Below are positions 35,911-49,514 of a stretch of 64,000 bases of DNA, piece by piece. Under the pieces are notes generated by a model. That model was not told where the DNA came from. It worked only from the letters and a program-made list of their open reading frames with translations, and searched no databases. Numbering within the stretch: position 1 is the stretch's first letter; each line of letters starts with the position of its first letter. Origin of the DNA: Octopus bimaculoides (taxonomy: Eukaryota); contig NC_069000.1 of assembly GCF_001194135.2 (NCBI RefSeq), positions 33,599,032-33,663,031 on the forward strand. Reading direction: 5' to 3'. A program made the position numbers and the translations under genes.

Positions 35911-37218
35911 AATGATAGAACAAACAGTGTTAGGAATAGGAGGGTGGTAGAGAGTGATGGAGAAGGGAGTCTGATGGTAGCTACCTGTTGTTATTTGCTA
36001 GTAAAAGGATTAAATAAATAAATTTTAAAAAACTATTGAGTGGAGCGATTTGGAAGGAAAACTAAGAGGAGGAGACAAGGTGATGAAAAAAGGAATATTG
36101 GGATTGAGAGATTGATGAGAGAGAAAGAGGTGAGGAGACAAGATGATGTATGACAATAATGAGTGATAAGGAAGTGAGTAATATGAGAAAGTGATGGATT
36201 GCAATAATGATGGATGATGGTGTGAGAGAGGACACATGATGGACAGTGATAGACACAAGTAATGGGAAAAGAGAGGAATGGAGAATGCCAATAGTGAGTG
36301 ATCAGGAGTGACAGAGTGATGGCTAACAGTACAGAAGGGAGATGGTAGAGGGTATTGAATAGGGACAGATCCAATGGCATGTTACAATGAATAGGACAGA
36401 AAGGTGAGTGATAGAGGAGAGGGTAAAGAATACAGAGGGTCAGTAGATGAAGACTTAACAAGAATAAAATGGTCAAGCAACTCAAACATAGATATAGTAT
36501 AAGTGCCAGTTTCCAATATAACAATATTACAATGTGGATTAAAAGAACCAAGACATTCTCTGATAGTATTAATGCTGGTTGGAGGTAATTGTTGTAAAAG
36601 CTAAATATCCCTGAAATCATATATTACTATCTTTAGAAAAAGTAAAGGAAGGGCATATAAGACAATGTAATTCTTTACTATTAGACTAGTCTCCAACTCT
36701 GATCAACAGACTTTCTGAATAGAGAGAGAGAGAGTGAGAGAGAAGAGAACAAGAAATTGGGAGATTATTCCTACTGTGAAAGAATTTTTGGTCTAAAAAA
36801 ATAAGAATTTTTTTCTGGGACTTTTGCCTCACCATTTCCATGCACTTTTCCAGTAAATTTTTACTATTCTATCTATCTCATATGAAGAATGTAATAGTAA
36901 AAATTTACCATACTTTGAGACACACTGTCTGAAAATATGACAGAATGGTCACAAATGTGATTAAACATGAACAACAACAACAAAACATATATATGCACGC
37001 ACATCTGTACATAATAAATTGAACTACCTTTTATATTGTGACTCAGAAAAAGCTAAGCTACAGATGGAATCCTGATTTGTTTTGGCCATTTGTGGAAAAT
37101 GTATTTGTTGTCAATAGCAACGAATCTTGCTATAGTTGTTTTGTTATGGTTGCCATGAAATTCAGTTTTCTTTGGTCTCTTTATCTGTTTTGACAAGCAT
37201 CAACACAATAGTCATGTA

Positions 37219-37267
<49 letters not shown>

Positions 37268-38139
37268 NNNNNNNNNNNNNNNNNNNNNNNNNNNNNNNNN
37301 NNNNNNNNNNNNNNNNNNNNNNNNNNNNNNNNNNNNNNNNNNNNNNNNNNNNNNNNNNNNNNNNNNNNNNNNNNNNNNNNNNNNNNNNNNNNNNNNNNNN
37401 NNNNNNNNNNNNNNNNNNNNNNNNNNNNNNNNNNNNNNNNNNNNNNNNNNNNNNNNNNNNNNNNNNNNNNNNNNNNNNNNNNNNNNNNNNNNNNNNNNNN
37501 NNNNNNNNNNNNNNNNNNNNNNNNNNNNNNNNNNNNNNNNNNNNNNNNNNNNNNNNNNNNNNNNNNNNNNNNNNNNNNNNNNNNNNNNNNNNNNNNNNNN
37601 NNNNNNNNNNNNNNNNNNNNNNNNNNNNNNNNNNNNNNNNNNNNNNNNNNNNNNNNNNNNNNNNNNNNNNNNNNNNNNNNNNNNNNNNNNNNNNNNNNNN
37701 NNNNNNNNNNNNNNNNNNNNNNNNNNNNNNNNNNNNNNNNNNNNNNNNNNNNNNNNNNNNNNNNNNNNNNNNNNNNNNNNNNNNNNNNNNNNNNNNNNNN
37801 NNNNNNNNNNNNNNNNNNNNNNNNNNNNNNNNNNNNNNNNNNNNNNNNNNNNNNNNNNNNNNNNNNNNNNNNNNNNNNNNNNNNNNNNNNNNNNNNNNNN
37901 NNNNNNNNNNNNNNNNNNNNNNNNNNNNNNNNNNNNNNNNNNNNNNNNNNNNNNNNNNNNNNNNNNNNNNNNNNNNNNNNNNNNNNNNNNNNNNNNNNNN
38001 NNNNNNNNNNNNNNNNNNNNNNNNNNNNNNNNGAGGAAACCAGCATGAAAGACAAGCCACATAGTGGGGGACCAGAAACTGTGATCCATGACACCAAGTG
38101 CTAGTAAGTGGACCAAATAATTTACACAGACAAACAAGC

Positions 38140-38510
38140 CACAATCTGAGCGCTTATTGCACAACTGGATTTTGGATCACAATGGATTGCAGAAGATGGT
38201 GGAAGACTTAGAGAATCAGTAAGTGTTTGTAAAGTGTGGGGGGGGGACACCTTAGCAGTTAATACACAATTTGAATAAGAGACGGTTAGAAGTCTGTTCT
38301 GGTCTGTTGGATGTTTTTGAAGCCAATGAAGACACATTTTCTTTCTGATCTGATGGGAGGGGATGAAACATGAACATATGTTAATGATCCAGAAAGATGG
38401 GTTCAGGCCATGGAATGGTATCGCAGTTCTTCTTTAAGGTCTCAGATATTCAAGACCCAGCAGACATCACAGAAACTCATTGTGAATGTTTCGTGGGTTA
38501 AGAGGCATCA
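38140..38510 (+). pseudogene. Mariner transposase fragment (first catalytic Asp region)
   Basis: FEANEDTF.SDLMGGDET*TYVNDPERWVQAMEWYRSSSLRSQIFKTQQTS matches ITGDETW.Y.YDPE.K.QSMEW....SP..KKFK.Q.S. Confidence 0.7.
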
Positions 38511-38570
38511 TTCTCCTTGATTTTTCTGGAATGTGGTATACCATAAAACCATATGCAGTATATTGAGACA

Positions 38571-38625
<55 letters not shown>

Positions 38626-38891
38626 CATAATATATACATACCTATGCATACGTATATCATCATCATGATCATCATCATCATTTAACGTCCGCTTTCCATG
38701 CTACCATGGGTTGGACAACTTGACTGGGGACTGGCGAACCAGATGGCTACACCAGGCTCCAATCTGATCTGGCAATGTTTCTACAGCTGGATGCTCTTCC
38801 TAACGCCAACCACTCCGAATGTAGTGGGTGCTTTTTACATGCCACCGGCACGAGGGCCAGTCCAGCGGTACTGGCTACAGCNNNNNNNNNN

Positions 38892-38926
<35 letters not shown>

Positions 38927-38963
38927 TATACATACCTCTGCATACATATATACAATCCTATAC

Positions 38964-38994
<31 letters not shown>

Positions 38995-40554
38995 GAACTG
39001 CGAATCACTATTTTTATTGGACATAACAATCGTCACTGCTGCCTAAGTGTTGTCATTGTGAAGAGACAGACAAATACATGCACATACATTTATATTCACA
39101 TACACACATATACGTCAGACTTCTGTATAGTTTCAGTCAACCAAATTTCATTTACAAGGTATTGTTAATGTGAGGCTATTGCAGAAAACACTTGCCCAAG
39201 GTGTCACACTGTGGGATTGAATTTAAAACCATGTAGTTATAAAATATGTCTTAATCCACATAGCCATCTGTGTGTGCATTTGTATATATTATACATGTAA
39301 ACTCGTGTACTCACTGTTGCATGCAAAACAGTATTCCTTGAACAAACAAGGAAGTAAGTATTTAATACGTGTAAGTTATATGATTCGTCTGTTCTGAATA
39401 TTTATCTTGCAATACATGTTACATGGTAATTAATAGTTTGTGCACTCTTGTACATAAAAATAGTTCCAGAACATGCTCATTGTGAATTACTAACAAATTA
39501 AACATAATTACAATAAACAAGAGATTATTTCACACTATTCACCAAAACAAATCCATCTTAATTAAACAGTCTGCACTCCAAAAGGGATAAAACAGTCACC
39601 AAGGAAGCAAGTTTCAACACATTCAAAGAAAAAAGAAACATTGATGGCCACAAGAACATTTGATCTACATTAAAGTTTACAATACCCCATATAAAGACAA
39701 GCCTTAGCAATTACCCAGCCATAGATAATTGATACACCAGGTCTCCTGGAATACAAAATATACCCCAACACATGAAATCTTTTAATCTTAGCCAAAACAA
39801 AATTGAAACACAGATAAAGGAACATAGGAATACATATTGGAAGCAACCAATCAAATATCACTCAACTGTGAATCCTAATATGGACCCATGAAATGCCAAA
39901 CTTTCTCAAGGACAAATTTCTCCAGAAATACTCTGCCTCTGATGAGAGAAACAAACTTGAACAAAACAAACAACACAACACAGATGCTTTCACAATTAAG
40001 CAAGCCCTTTAAATCCTACTGTCTTATAAATGAGAACATTAAATAAGCTATATCACATTGTCTCATTATCCTATTTATAGGACACCAAGTATTTCCATTT
40101 CTACTTGAAGGAAAGGAATTTTAATAATTATTTTTTTCATTTTAACCTATTTTCAATCATCTGTAAAAATTTAAAGGTAATATTCAGAAATTTAAGTACT
40201 CTGGGACTTAATAGGTTAATGAGGCCAGATGAATTCAACAAATATATAACAAGATGAGATAAGCAAAAATAAAAATAAGGAACAAAAAATACAAGCATCT
40301 AAGCAAAACCCAAACCAAACAAATTTAATGAAAGTAAACCATAGTTACCAACAAGTGACAGTAAATGACTAAAACAGTTAATCATGAAACAGATGATAAG
40401 AAGCAACCAAGAGAAACAAAGTAGAAAACCTAACAACGAATAAGAGACCACTTGTGTGGATATAAATAAATAGCTATAATGAAGCTGTAACAGTTCTCTC
40501 TGTCCACACTTGACTAAGGAAGACCATCAACTGAACATTAAGAACATGATGCAC

Positions 40555-40710
40555 CAAGGGTGGACTGAGCCGTCGGTCAGTCAGGCACTGCCCAAGGGCC
40601 CAGACCTCTGAGGAGCCTGCACTCTACATGTTAACTCTACTGATATCAATGCTAAGTGACCCAGTAAACAGTTATGCTCAAGGGCTCTTAATACTCTCAG
40701 TCTGCCCCTG
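40555..40710. mobile_element. hAT-family MITE
   Basis: Imperfect TIRs CAAGGGTGGACTGAG / CTCAGTCTGCCCCTG; 8-bp TSD TGATGCAC / TGGTGCAC (7 of 8). Confidence 0.8.
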
Positions 40711-40832
40711 TGGTGCACTCAGAAAATTAAGCAGCAATAACCATGCAAAATGCTGTCAATGCCTGTGCAAAGTTTGGTGTCTGTTTCCACTCCATTTCTC
40801 TCAGTCTGACTGTGTAGCATTGTATAAAACAT

Positions 40833-41040
40833 TACTCTTTTACTCGTTTCAGTCATTTGACTGCGGCCATGCTGGAGCACTGCCATTTAGTCGAGCAAAT
40901 CGACCCCAAGACTTATTCTTTGGAAGCCTAGTACTTATTCTATCGGTCGCTTTTGCTGAACCGTTAAGTTACGGGGACGTAAACACACCACCATCGGTTG
41001 TCAAGCGATGCTGGGGAGACAAACACAGACACACAAACAT
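40833..41040 (+). mobile_element. SINE family D
   Basis: TTTTACTCGTTTCAGTCATTTGACTGCGGCCATGCTGGAGCAC...GTAAACACACCA..ATCGGTTGTCAAGCG. Related copies at about 31660-31795, 44520-44720, 52385-52565, 54690-54870 and inverted at 31050-31215. Confidence 0.8.
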
Positions 41041-41872
41041 ACACACACATGCATATATATATATATATATATATACGACAGGCTTCTTTCAGTTTCCGTC
41101 TACCAAATCCACTCACAAGGCTTTGGTCGGCCCGAGGCTATAGTAGAAGACACTTGCTTAAGGTGCCACGCAGTGGGAATGAACCCAGAACCATGTGGTT
41201 GGTAAGCAAGCTACTTACCACAGCCATTTGGTGTATTGTAAAAGTATAACCAATTTATTGCACATAAATTTTAACAATCAAATCTTATATGGACGTCCAA
41301 GGGTCTTATGGACTCCCAAGGATGATACTGACCCTCAAGGGTCATATGAAGCCTAGTTAAGAACTACTGTAATACAGCTTCACATTGACCAATACACTGT
41401 AAAATTTGTTTGACAAAACTACACACACATATGCACGACACACACACACACACACCTCATCATCACAGTTTTAACATTTTCCAGCTGCACCATCCCCACC
41501 CTCCCTTCTAAAATGTGAGTCCTCTTGTGGCTCCTCTTCTGCCACAAACCTTTTCTGCTCCACCACTTTTCCCTTTATACCTTACCCTTCTCTCCTTGTT
41601 CTCCTCGCATGAAGTTGCTGCACTCCTTCAAGGGTTCATAGTCTTGCAAGCCACATAGTGACCTCACATGTGCTGAAGGCACAAAAGAAGCACCCAGTAC
41701 ACATTGTAAAGTGATTGGAATTAGGAAGGGTGTCTAGTTATAGAAACCATGCTTAAGCAGACACTGGGGTATGATGAAGTCTTTGGGCTCATTAGATCCT
41801 GTCAAATCATCCAACTTATGCAAGCATAGAATATGATGACAAGATGATATGATATATATTTATGTATGTATG

Positions 41873-41913
<41 letters not shown>

Positions 41914-41960
41914 AAAAATATCCGCCTATGGATATAATAATAGATTACTTTATTTTTTCT

Positions 41961-42009
41961 GTCTCCGATGAAGGGAAGTACTGGATCTTCCCAGAAACAG
42001 CTGTAAGAC
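41961..42009 (+). ncRNA. Type I hammerhead ribozyme variant (minimal, palindromic stem III)
   Basis: Stem I GUCU/AGAC; core CCGAUGA+A; perfect 6-bp stem II GGGAAG/CUUCCC; A+GAAA; stem III ACAGCUGU palindrome; GUA triplet at 42003-42005. Confidence 0.7.
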
Positions 42010-43789
42010 TCTATCCATAAAATTCTTCAGCCTTACCTTTGCTCTCTTTATCTTTTTGTTTTTATATATTTATATATNNNNNNNNNNNNNNNNNNNNNNN
42101 NNNNNNNNNNNNNNNNNNNNNNNNNNNNNNNNNNNNNNNNNNNNNNNNNNNNNNNNNNNNNNNNNNNNNNNNNNNNNNNNNNNNNNNNNNNNNNNNNNNN
42201 NNNNNNNNNNNNNNNNNNNNNNNNATATAAATATATATATATATATAGGCATGGGTATGTAGTTAGAAATTTGCTTCTCAGACACATGCTTCTGAGTTCA
42301 GTCTTACTGCACGGCCCCTTTGCCAAGTGTCTTCTACTACAACCAAGCATTGTGAATGGATTTAGCAGACAGAAACTGAAAGGAGCTTAACTCGAAATAT
42401 GAGTATATGAGTATTTTTATTAATATTTAGCAGAAGTAACAGAGTGACTCAAAGTCCTAAGTGCCAACACACGGAACTATCAGACCATGAGTCACTCTGT
42501 TACTTCAGCTAAATATAACTATACACACACACACATATATATATATATTCTAACATAGCAGTTTGACAAAAGAGACCATGAGAATAAGTACCGGGCTTAA
42601 AAAAAATTAGTAGGGTTGATTTGGTTGACTAAACCCTTCATGGTAGTACCCCATTACTGCCATAATCCAATGACTGATGTAAAAAAATAAAAGAAATGTA
42701 TGTGAACTACCATGAGTCATCACAGCATCCTTCTCGGAGAGGGACACTCTTTTGTAAAGCCTGCAGTTTTATGTGATTGCTGGTCACCTCATTTCAGCCT
42801 GTCACTAGCTATTAATTATATAATTTAATGATGTACAGCTGTCTTTTTATGCAGACTTTATTTGTTATTTCCTCTATTATGGCAATGGAAGAGCAGCAAC
42901 ATGTGCAGACCTAACCAGCTGGAGGTGTAAAGCAAGTTATAACTTTGGTCTGTCACCCATGCTTCAAATCAATGCAGATCTACAGCAGGACTGAATAGTC
43001 ATCTGAGAGGTCATGGATGGAAAGTCAGAAGTGCTATTGACAACAAGGCAGCACAAAGAGATGGCAATCATCAGTGATGATGGTGCAATCACCATGTCTG
43101 TCTGTCAGTATGTATGAATGCATGTATGATTTTTTGAATTTTATGCAAGCTTTTGAGAGAGTTCAAGCTGGTCACTAACAAAGTGACATGATTTTTTAAG
43201 TTAAGAGAGTTCCCAGTGTTTGTAAATATTTGGTTTAGCTGGTGTGTTGGTTGAATTGTTGATGCATAAACCCAAGTGCATGCATCTAATCACAAAAGAA
43301 TCTCAGATGAAGAATTTTTGGAATGTCTTACAAATTTTCACTATGCCACTAATAGATTGGATTTGGAGAATCTATGCCATCTTCTTTTGCCCTTTCTCCA
43401 TGAAATCTGGTATTTCTAGTTTTTTTTTTATTTTTTGCAAATTTGTGTGAATGTATATGCATGTTTATGCATATTTCTACAATCATGCTTCAACAGTAAT
43501 TAAAAAGATCAATTTGCATCTCAGTTGGACATGTCTTCAACTACAGCTTTCACATTGACCAATATGAATAGAATTTAGCCGACAAAAACCACTCACACAC
43601 ACACACACACACACAGACAAAGGCCGTAAATGTGTTCTACTCAATTTTGTATGAGTCTAAATCCCTCTGCTACTGGAGACAAGGTCAGAAACTTGTCGTC
43701 CTGACAAAAGTTACTAAACCAAAACACATGTCCACGACTGTCCTTTTATCTGCAGACAAATAAGCCAGTTCTTTTATTCTTTTCTACTC

Positions 43790-44210
43790 AAGGCACAAGA
43801 CCCAAAATTTTTGGGGAGGGGGCCAGTCGATTAGATCGACCCCAATACACATCTGGTCCTTAATTTATTGACCTGAAAAGGATGAAAAGCAATGTCAACC
43901 TCGGCAGAATTTGAACTCAGGACATAAAGACAGATGGAGTACCGCTAAGTATTTCGCCCAGCATGCTAACGTTTCTTCTTTCTTTATTGTCCACAAGGGG
44001 CTAAACATAGAGGGGACAAACAAGGACAGACAAAGGGATTAAGTTGATTAGATCGCCCCCAGTGCCTAACTGGTACTTAATTTATCGATCCTGAAAGGAT
44101 GAAAAGCAAAGTCAACCTCGGCAGAATTTGAACTCAGAACGTAATGGCGGACGAAATACCGCTAAGTATTTCACCCGGCATGCTAATGTTTCTGCCAGCT
44201 CACCACCTTA
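43790..44210 (-). mobile_element. Two SINE family A copies in tandem (minus)
   Basis: About 43790-43975 and 44040-44210 are reverse complements of family A. Confidence 0.8.
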
Positions 44211-44899
44211 TAGCCAGTTCTTTTATTAAATGACATGTCGGCTTTGGAGACGTCTTGAATCTTGAGATATCTCCCCTTCTCAAGTGGAGTCGGTCAAAGT
44301 TGCTATTTTGTAATTATGATATATCCTCTAGAGAGGAAGATAATTTTCATAAATCAAGAATTTGTTGGTATTTGATATAATTGTATTTGTCTTTTTCTAA
44401 ATACTTGCCACTGGCCATTTTAAGTTATTTCTTTTGGCTCAGATTTGCTTGTGTGTATGTGTGTGTTTGTGCATGCGCACATGTATGTGTGTCCGTGTGT
44501 GTATATATCTATATCTTTTATCTTTTACTTGTTTCAGTCATTAGACTGCAACCATGCAAGTGCACCACCTTGAAGAATTTCAAATCAACCCCAGTACTTT
44601 ATTTTTTAGGACTGGAACTTATTTCATCGATCTATTTTGCTGAACTGCTAAGTTATGGGGTTTGTAAACACACCAACACCAGTTGTCAAGTGGTGGTGGT
44701 GGGATAAACGCAGACACAAAAACACACAAACACAAACACACAAAGATAAGTGGCTTTCTGTTTTCCTATGTGTTCGTTCCGTTGTTTGTAGTTCATTGTT
44801 CTAATGTCCTGTACCCTGATATGCATCTATATACACATGTAGATGAAAGTGTATACATATATGTGTGTATACATGCATATATATTTTTTGTATTATTAT

Positions 44900-44943
<44 letters not shown>

Positions 44944-45354
44944 NNNNNNNNNNNNNNNNNNNNNNNNNNNNNNNNNNNNNNNNNNNNNNNNNNNNNNNNN
45001 NNNNNNNNNNNNNNNNNNNNNNNNNNNNNNNNNNNNNNNNNNNNNNNNNNNNNNNNNNNNNNNNNNNNNNNNNNNNNNNNNNNNNNNNNNNNNNNNNNNN
45101 NNNNNNNNNNNNNNNNNNNNNNNNNNNNNNNNNNNNNNNNNNNNNNNNNNNNNNNNNNNNNNNNNNNNNNNNNNNNNNNNNNNNNNNCAAACACACAAAG
45201 ATAAGTGGCTTTCTGTTTTCCTATGTGTTCGTTCCGTTGTTTGTAGTTCATTGTTCTAATGTCCTGTACCCTGATATGCATCTATATACACATGTAGATG
45301 AAAGTGTATACATATATGTGTGTATACATGCATATATATTTTTTGTATTATTAT

Positions 45355-45408
<54 letters not shown>

Positions 45409-46084
45409 GTATGTATACATATATGATGGGCTTCTTTCAGTTTCTGCCTGCCAAATCCATTCACAAGACTTTGGTCTGCTTGAGCCTGTAATAGAAGACA
45501 CTTGCCCAAGTGGGACTGAACCCAGAACAACATGGTTGGGAAGCGACCTTCTTACCACACAGCCACGCCCGCACCTATAAGCAAGCATTGGCTCGCACAC
45601 ACACACACACACTTTATTTATATAGGGAGTCAACGGGTGGGAAATACAGACAGAAGTTGAAAACATCTATTACTAGCAGTGTCTGGGTGAAAAAGTATCA
45701 AATAGACAACATGACGATAAATACAGTCTGACACTACATAACAAAGCCATTTGGATATCATTAATAATAATACTAATTTCAGAAAGAAATAAGCGTTATT
45801 ACAGATAGTAATAATACTAATCTGTTAATAAAAATTCCATTAGCATTTTCAAAAGAGACCTGCCTAAATATTACATTAAATATATATATATATATAACAG
45901 ACAAAGCATTTTTTTGTTTTTTCATGGTTAACCTACATTTTAGCCTTGTCATTTCTTTAGTTCAGCTTTTGACATTTTTTTTTTTTATCCTGTTCTGTGT
46001 GTGCAGTACTGAGAGTTGTGGCCCGGGAGGGTAGATGATTGTGGTGGTAAAGGTTTGTGATGGCTGAGATGGTTGTGTTTGTAG

Positions 46085-46870
46085 AGGTTATTTATGGTGG
46101 TGGTGGTGGTGGTGGTGGAAGTGGTGACAGTGGTAGTTGTGTTGGCGGAGACACTGGTGGCACCTGTGGTGATGGTGGTGGTAGTGGTGACAGTNNNNNN
46201 NNNNNNNNNNNNNNNNNNNNNNNNNNNNNNNNNNNNNNNNNNNNNNNNNNNNNNNNNNNNNNNNNNNNNNNNNNNNNNNNNNNNNNNNNNNNNNNNNNNN
46301 NNNNNNNNNNNNNNNNNNNNNNNNNNNNNNNNNNNNNNNNNNNNNNNNNNNNNNNNNNNNNNNNNNNNNNNNNNNNNNNNNNNNNNNNNNNNNNNNNNNN
46401 NNNNNNNNNNNNNNNNNNNNNNNNNNNNNNNNNNNNNNNNNNNNNNNNNNNNNNNNNNNNNNNNNNNNNNNNNNNNNNNNNNNNNNNNNNNNNNNNNNNN
46501 NNNNNNNNNNNNNNNNNNNNNNNNNNNNNNNNNNNNNNNNNNNNNNNNNNNNNNNNNNNNNNNNNNNNNNNNNNNNNNNNNNNNNNNNNNNNNNNNNNNN
46601 NNNNNNNNNNNNNNNNNNNNNNNNNNNNNNNNNNNNNNNNNNNNNNNNNNNNNNNNNNNNNNNNNNNNNNNNNNNNNNNNNNNNNNNNNNNNNNNNNNNC
46701 TGGTGGCACCTGTGGTGATGGTGGTGGCAGTGGTGACAGTGGTAGTTGTGTTGGTGGAGACACTGGTGGCACCTGTGGTGATGGTGGTGGCAGTGGTGAC
46801 AGTGGTAGTTGTGTTGGTGGAGACACTGGTGGCACCTGTGGTGGTGATGGTGGTGGTGGTAGTGGTGGTG
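46085..46870. repeat. 63-bp GC-rich minisatellite spanning an N gap
   Basis: Unit CTGGTGGCACCTGTGGTGATGGTGGTGGCAGTGGTGACAGTGGTAGTTGTGTTGGTGGAGACA starts at 46700, 46763 and 46826; the same unit is seen left of the gap. Confidence 0.9.
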
Positions 46871-48137
46871 GCGGCAGCAGCAGTGATGGTAATGGTTGTG
46901 GTCATAGCAGTGATCCTGATAGTCGAGATGGGGCAAATGGTAGTGGTGTGTTACTCATGGTTGTGTGTTTTGATGGTAAACAGCTGTTGGTTTAGAGATG
47001 GCTGTTACGCTGGTTATGCCTCTGGTAGTGATGTTCCTGTTGTAGTTGTTGTCGTCATTGTGGTTGTTGGTGGTGGTGATGGTTGTGTTATTGGCAGCGG
47101 TGAAGATGGTAAGCAGTGAAAGTTGTGGTTGTAGCAGTAATGGTGATGGTGATGGTGCTAGTCATGATTATGTTCATGAATATCCTTGATGGCAGCGATA
47201 AAGATAGTTGGTGGTGATTAATGCGGCAGCGGTAGTGGTGGTAGTAATTAATGCAGTGGTGGTGTTGGTGGTGGTAGTAAAGATTATGATGTTGGTGTCG
47301 GTGGTGGTTGCAGCTGTTGTTCATGTGGTGGTAGTAGTGTTGGAGTAGGAACATTTTTTTTGTAAAGGTTAATTCTTATTTTCGGATGGGTGTAGGGTGG
47401 AGGTGAAATTCTGTCTGTTTCCTCTTTCATTTGAAACTTGTTAAATGGTTTAAGACTGTCCTCCTCCTCCTGCTGCTGCTGCTGTTGCTGCTGCTGCTGT
47501 TGTTGTTGTTGTCTGTTGATGGGAAGGGAATGTATGTGGTGGGAAGGTGTGGGAATAGTTTTNNNNNNNNNNNNNNNNNNNNNNNNNNNNNNNNNNNNNN
47601 NNNNNNNNNNNNNNNNNNNNNNNNNNNNNNNNNNNNNNNNNNNNNNNNNNNNNNNNNNNNNNNNNNNNNNNNNNNNNNNNNNNNNNNNNNNNNNNNNNNN
47701 NNNNNNNNNNNNNNNNNNNNNNNNNNNNNNNNNNNNNNNNNNNNNNNNNNNNNNNNNNNNNNNNNNNNNNNNNNNNNNNNNNNNNNNNNNNNNNNNNNNN
47801 NNNNNNNNNNNNNNNNNNNNNNNNNNNNNNNNNNNNNNNNNNNNNNNNNNNNNNNNNNNNNNNNNNNNNNNNNNNNNNNNNNNNNNNNNNNNNNNNNNNN
47901 NNNNNNNNNNNNNNNNNNNNNNNNNNNNNNNNNNNNNNNNNNNNNNNNNNNNNNNNNNNNNNNNNNNNNNNNNNNNNNNNNNNNNNNNNNNNNNNNNNNN
48001 NNNNNNNNNNNNNNNNNNNNNNNNNNNNNNNNNNNNNNNNNNNNNNNNNNNNNNNNNNNNNNNNNNNNNNNNNNNNNNNNNNNNNNNNNNNNNNNNNNNN
48101 NNNNNNNNNNNNNNNNNNNNNNNNNNNNNNNNNNNNN

Positions 48138-48187
<50 letters not shown>

Positions 48188-48728
48188 CAAGCTTCTTTCA
48201 GTTTCCATCTACCAAATTCACTCACAAGGATTTGGTCAGCCTGAGGCTAAAGTGGAAGACACTTGCCCAATGTGCCAGGGAGTGGGACTGAATCTGGAAC
48301 CATGTGGTTGGGAAGCAAGCCTCTTACAACATAGCCACGCATATGTATGTATCTCTCTCTCTCTCTTAAAGCGTATATACACATATATATATAGTTATAT
48401 TTCAGGATGGTTTCTCTTTTTTATTATTTTTGCCAAATATATTCGTTATGTGGAGAGAGTCATTCTGTTTTAATACATCATTGATTAGCACCGTAGCTGG
48501 TTTGATTTCCACTCATTTTCCTATAGTTATTTTTTTTTTAATTTTTATTGCTTCTTGCAATCTCTTCAATAGTCGTTGACTGACCATTATCAGAGTTGTG
48601 TTCTTCACTCATTTATTACTGTTCATATTTTATCTTATGCCCATTGTCGAGAAATCTTTTGTCACATATCTGTAACCTCTTCAGCGACACTTTCTGTCCA
48701 CATGTATCCACCTGCTCTGCTTAGTCTA

Positions 48729-48789
<61 letters not shown>

Positions 48790-49453
48790 NNNNNNNNNNN
48801 NNNNNNNNNNNNNNNNNNNNNNNNNNNNNNNNNNNNNNNNNNNNNNNNNNNNNNNNNNNNNNNNNNNNNNNNNNNNNNNNNNNNNNNNNNNNNNNNNNNN
48901 NNNNNNNNNNNNNNNNNNNNNNNNNNNNNNNNNNNNNNNNNNNNNNNNNNNNNNNNNNNNNNNNNNNNNNNNNNNNNNNNNNNNNNNNNNNNNNNNNNNN
49001 NNNNNNNNNNNNNNNNNNNNNNNNNNNNNNNNNNNNNNNNNNNNNNNNNNNNNNNNNNNNNNNNNNNNNNNNNNNNNNNNNNNNNNNNNNNNNNNNNNNN
49101 NNNNNNNNNNNNNNNNNNNNNNNNNNNNNNNNNNNNNNNNNNNNNNNNNNNNNNNNNNNNNNNNNNNNNNNNNNNNNNNNNNNNNNNNNNNNNNNNNNNN
49201 NNNNNNNNNNNNNNNNNNNNNNNNNNNNNNNNNNNNNNNNNNNNNNNNNNNNNNNNNNNNNNNNNNNNNNNNNNNNNNNNNNNNNNNNNNNNNNNNNNNN
49301 NNNNNNNNNNNNNNNNNNNNNNNNNNNNNNNNNNNNNNNNNNNNNNNNNNNNNNNNNNNNNNNNNNNNNNNNNNNNNNNNNNNNNNNNNNNNNNNNNNNN
49401 NNNNNNNNNNNNNNNNNNNNNNNNNNNNNNNNNNNNNNNNNNNNNNNNNNNNN

Positions 49454-49514
<61 letters not shown>

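Noticed and set aside
36025-36620. 195-aa Leu/His/Ser-rich minus-strand ORF
   Set aside because: Purine-rich low-complexity tract; no motif, splice signals or recognisable homology.
39935-39965. CTGATGAGAGAAAC
   Set aside because: No stem II, stem III or stem I partner; expected by chance.
44733-45395. Apparently identical ~210-bp direct repeat on both sides of a 244-N gap
   Set aside because: Identity plus position at contig ends next to (TA)n is typical of an unmerged contig overlap; likely assembly artefact.
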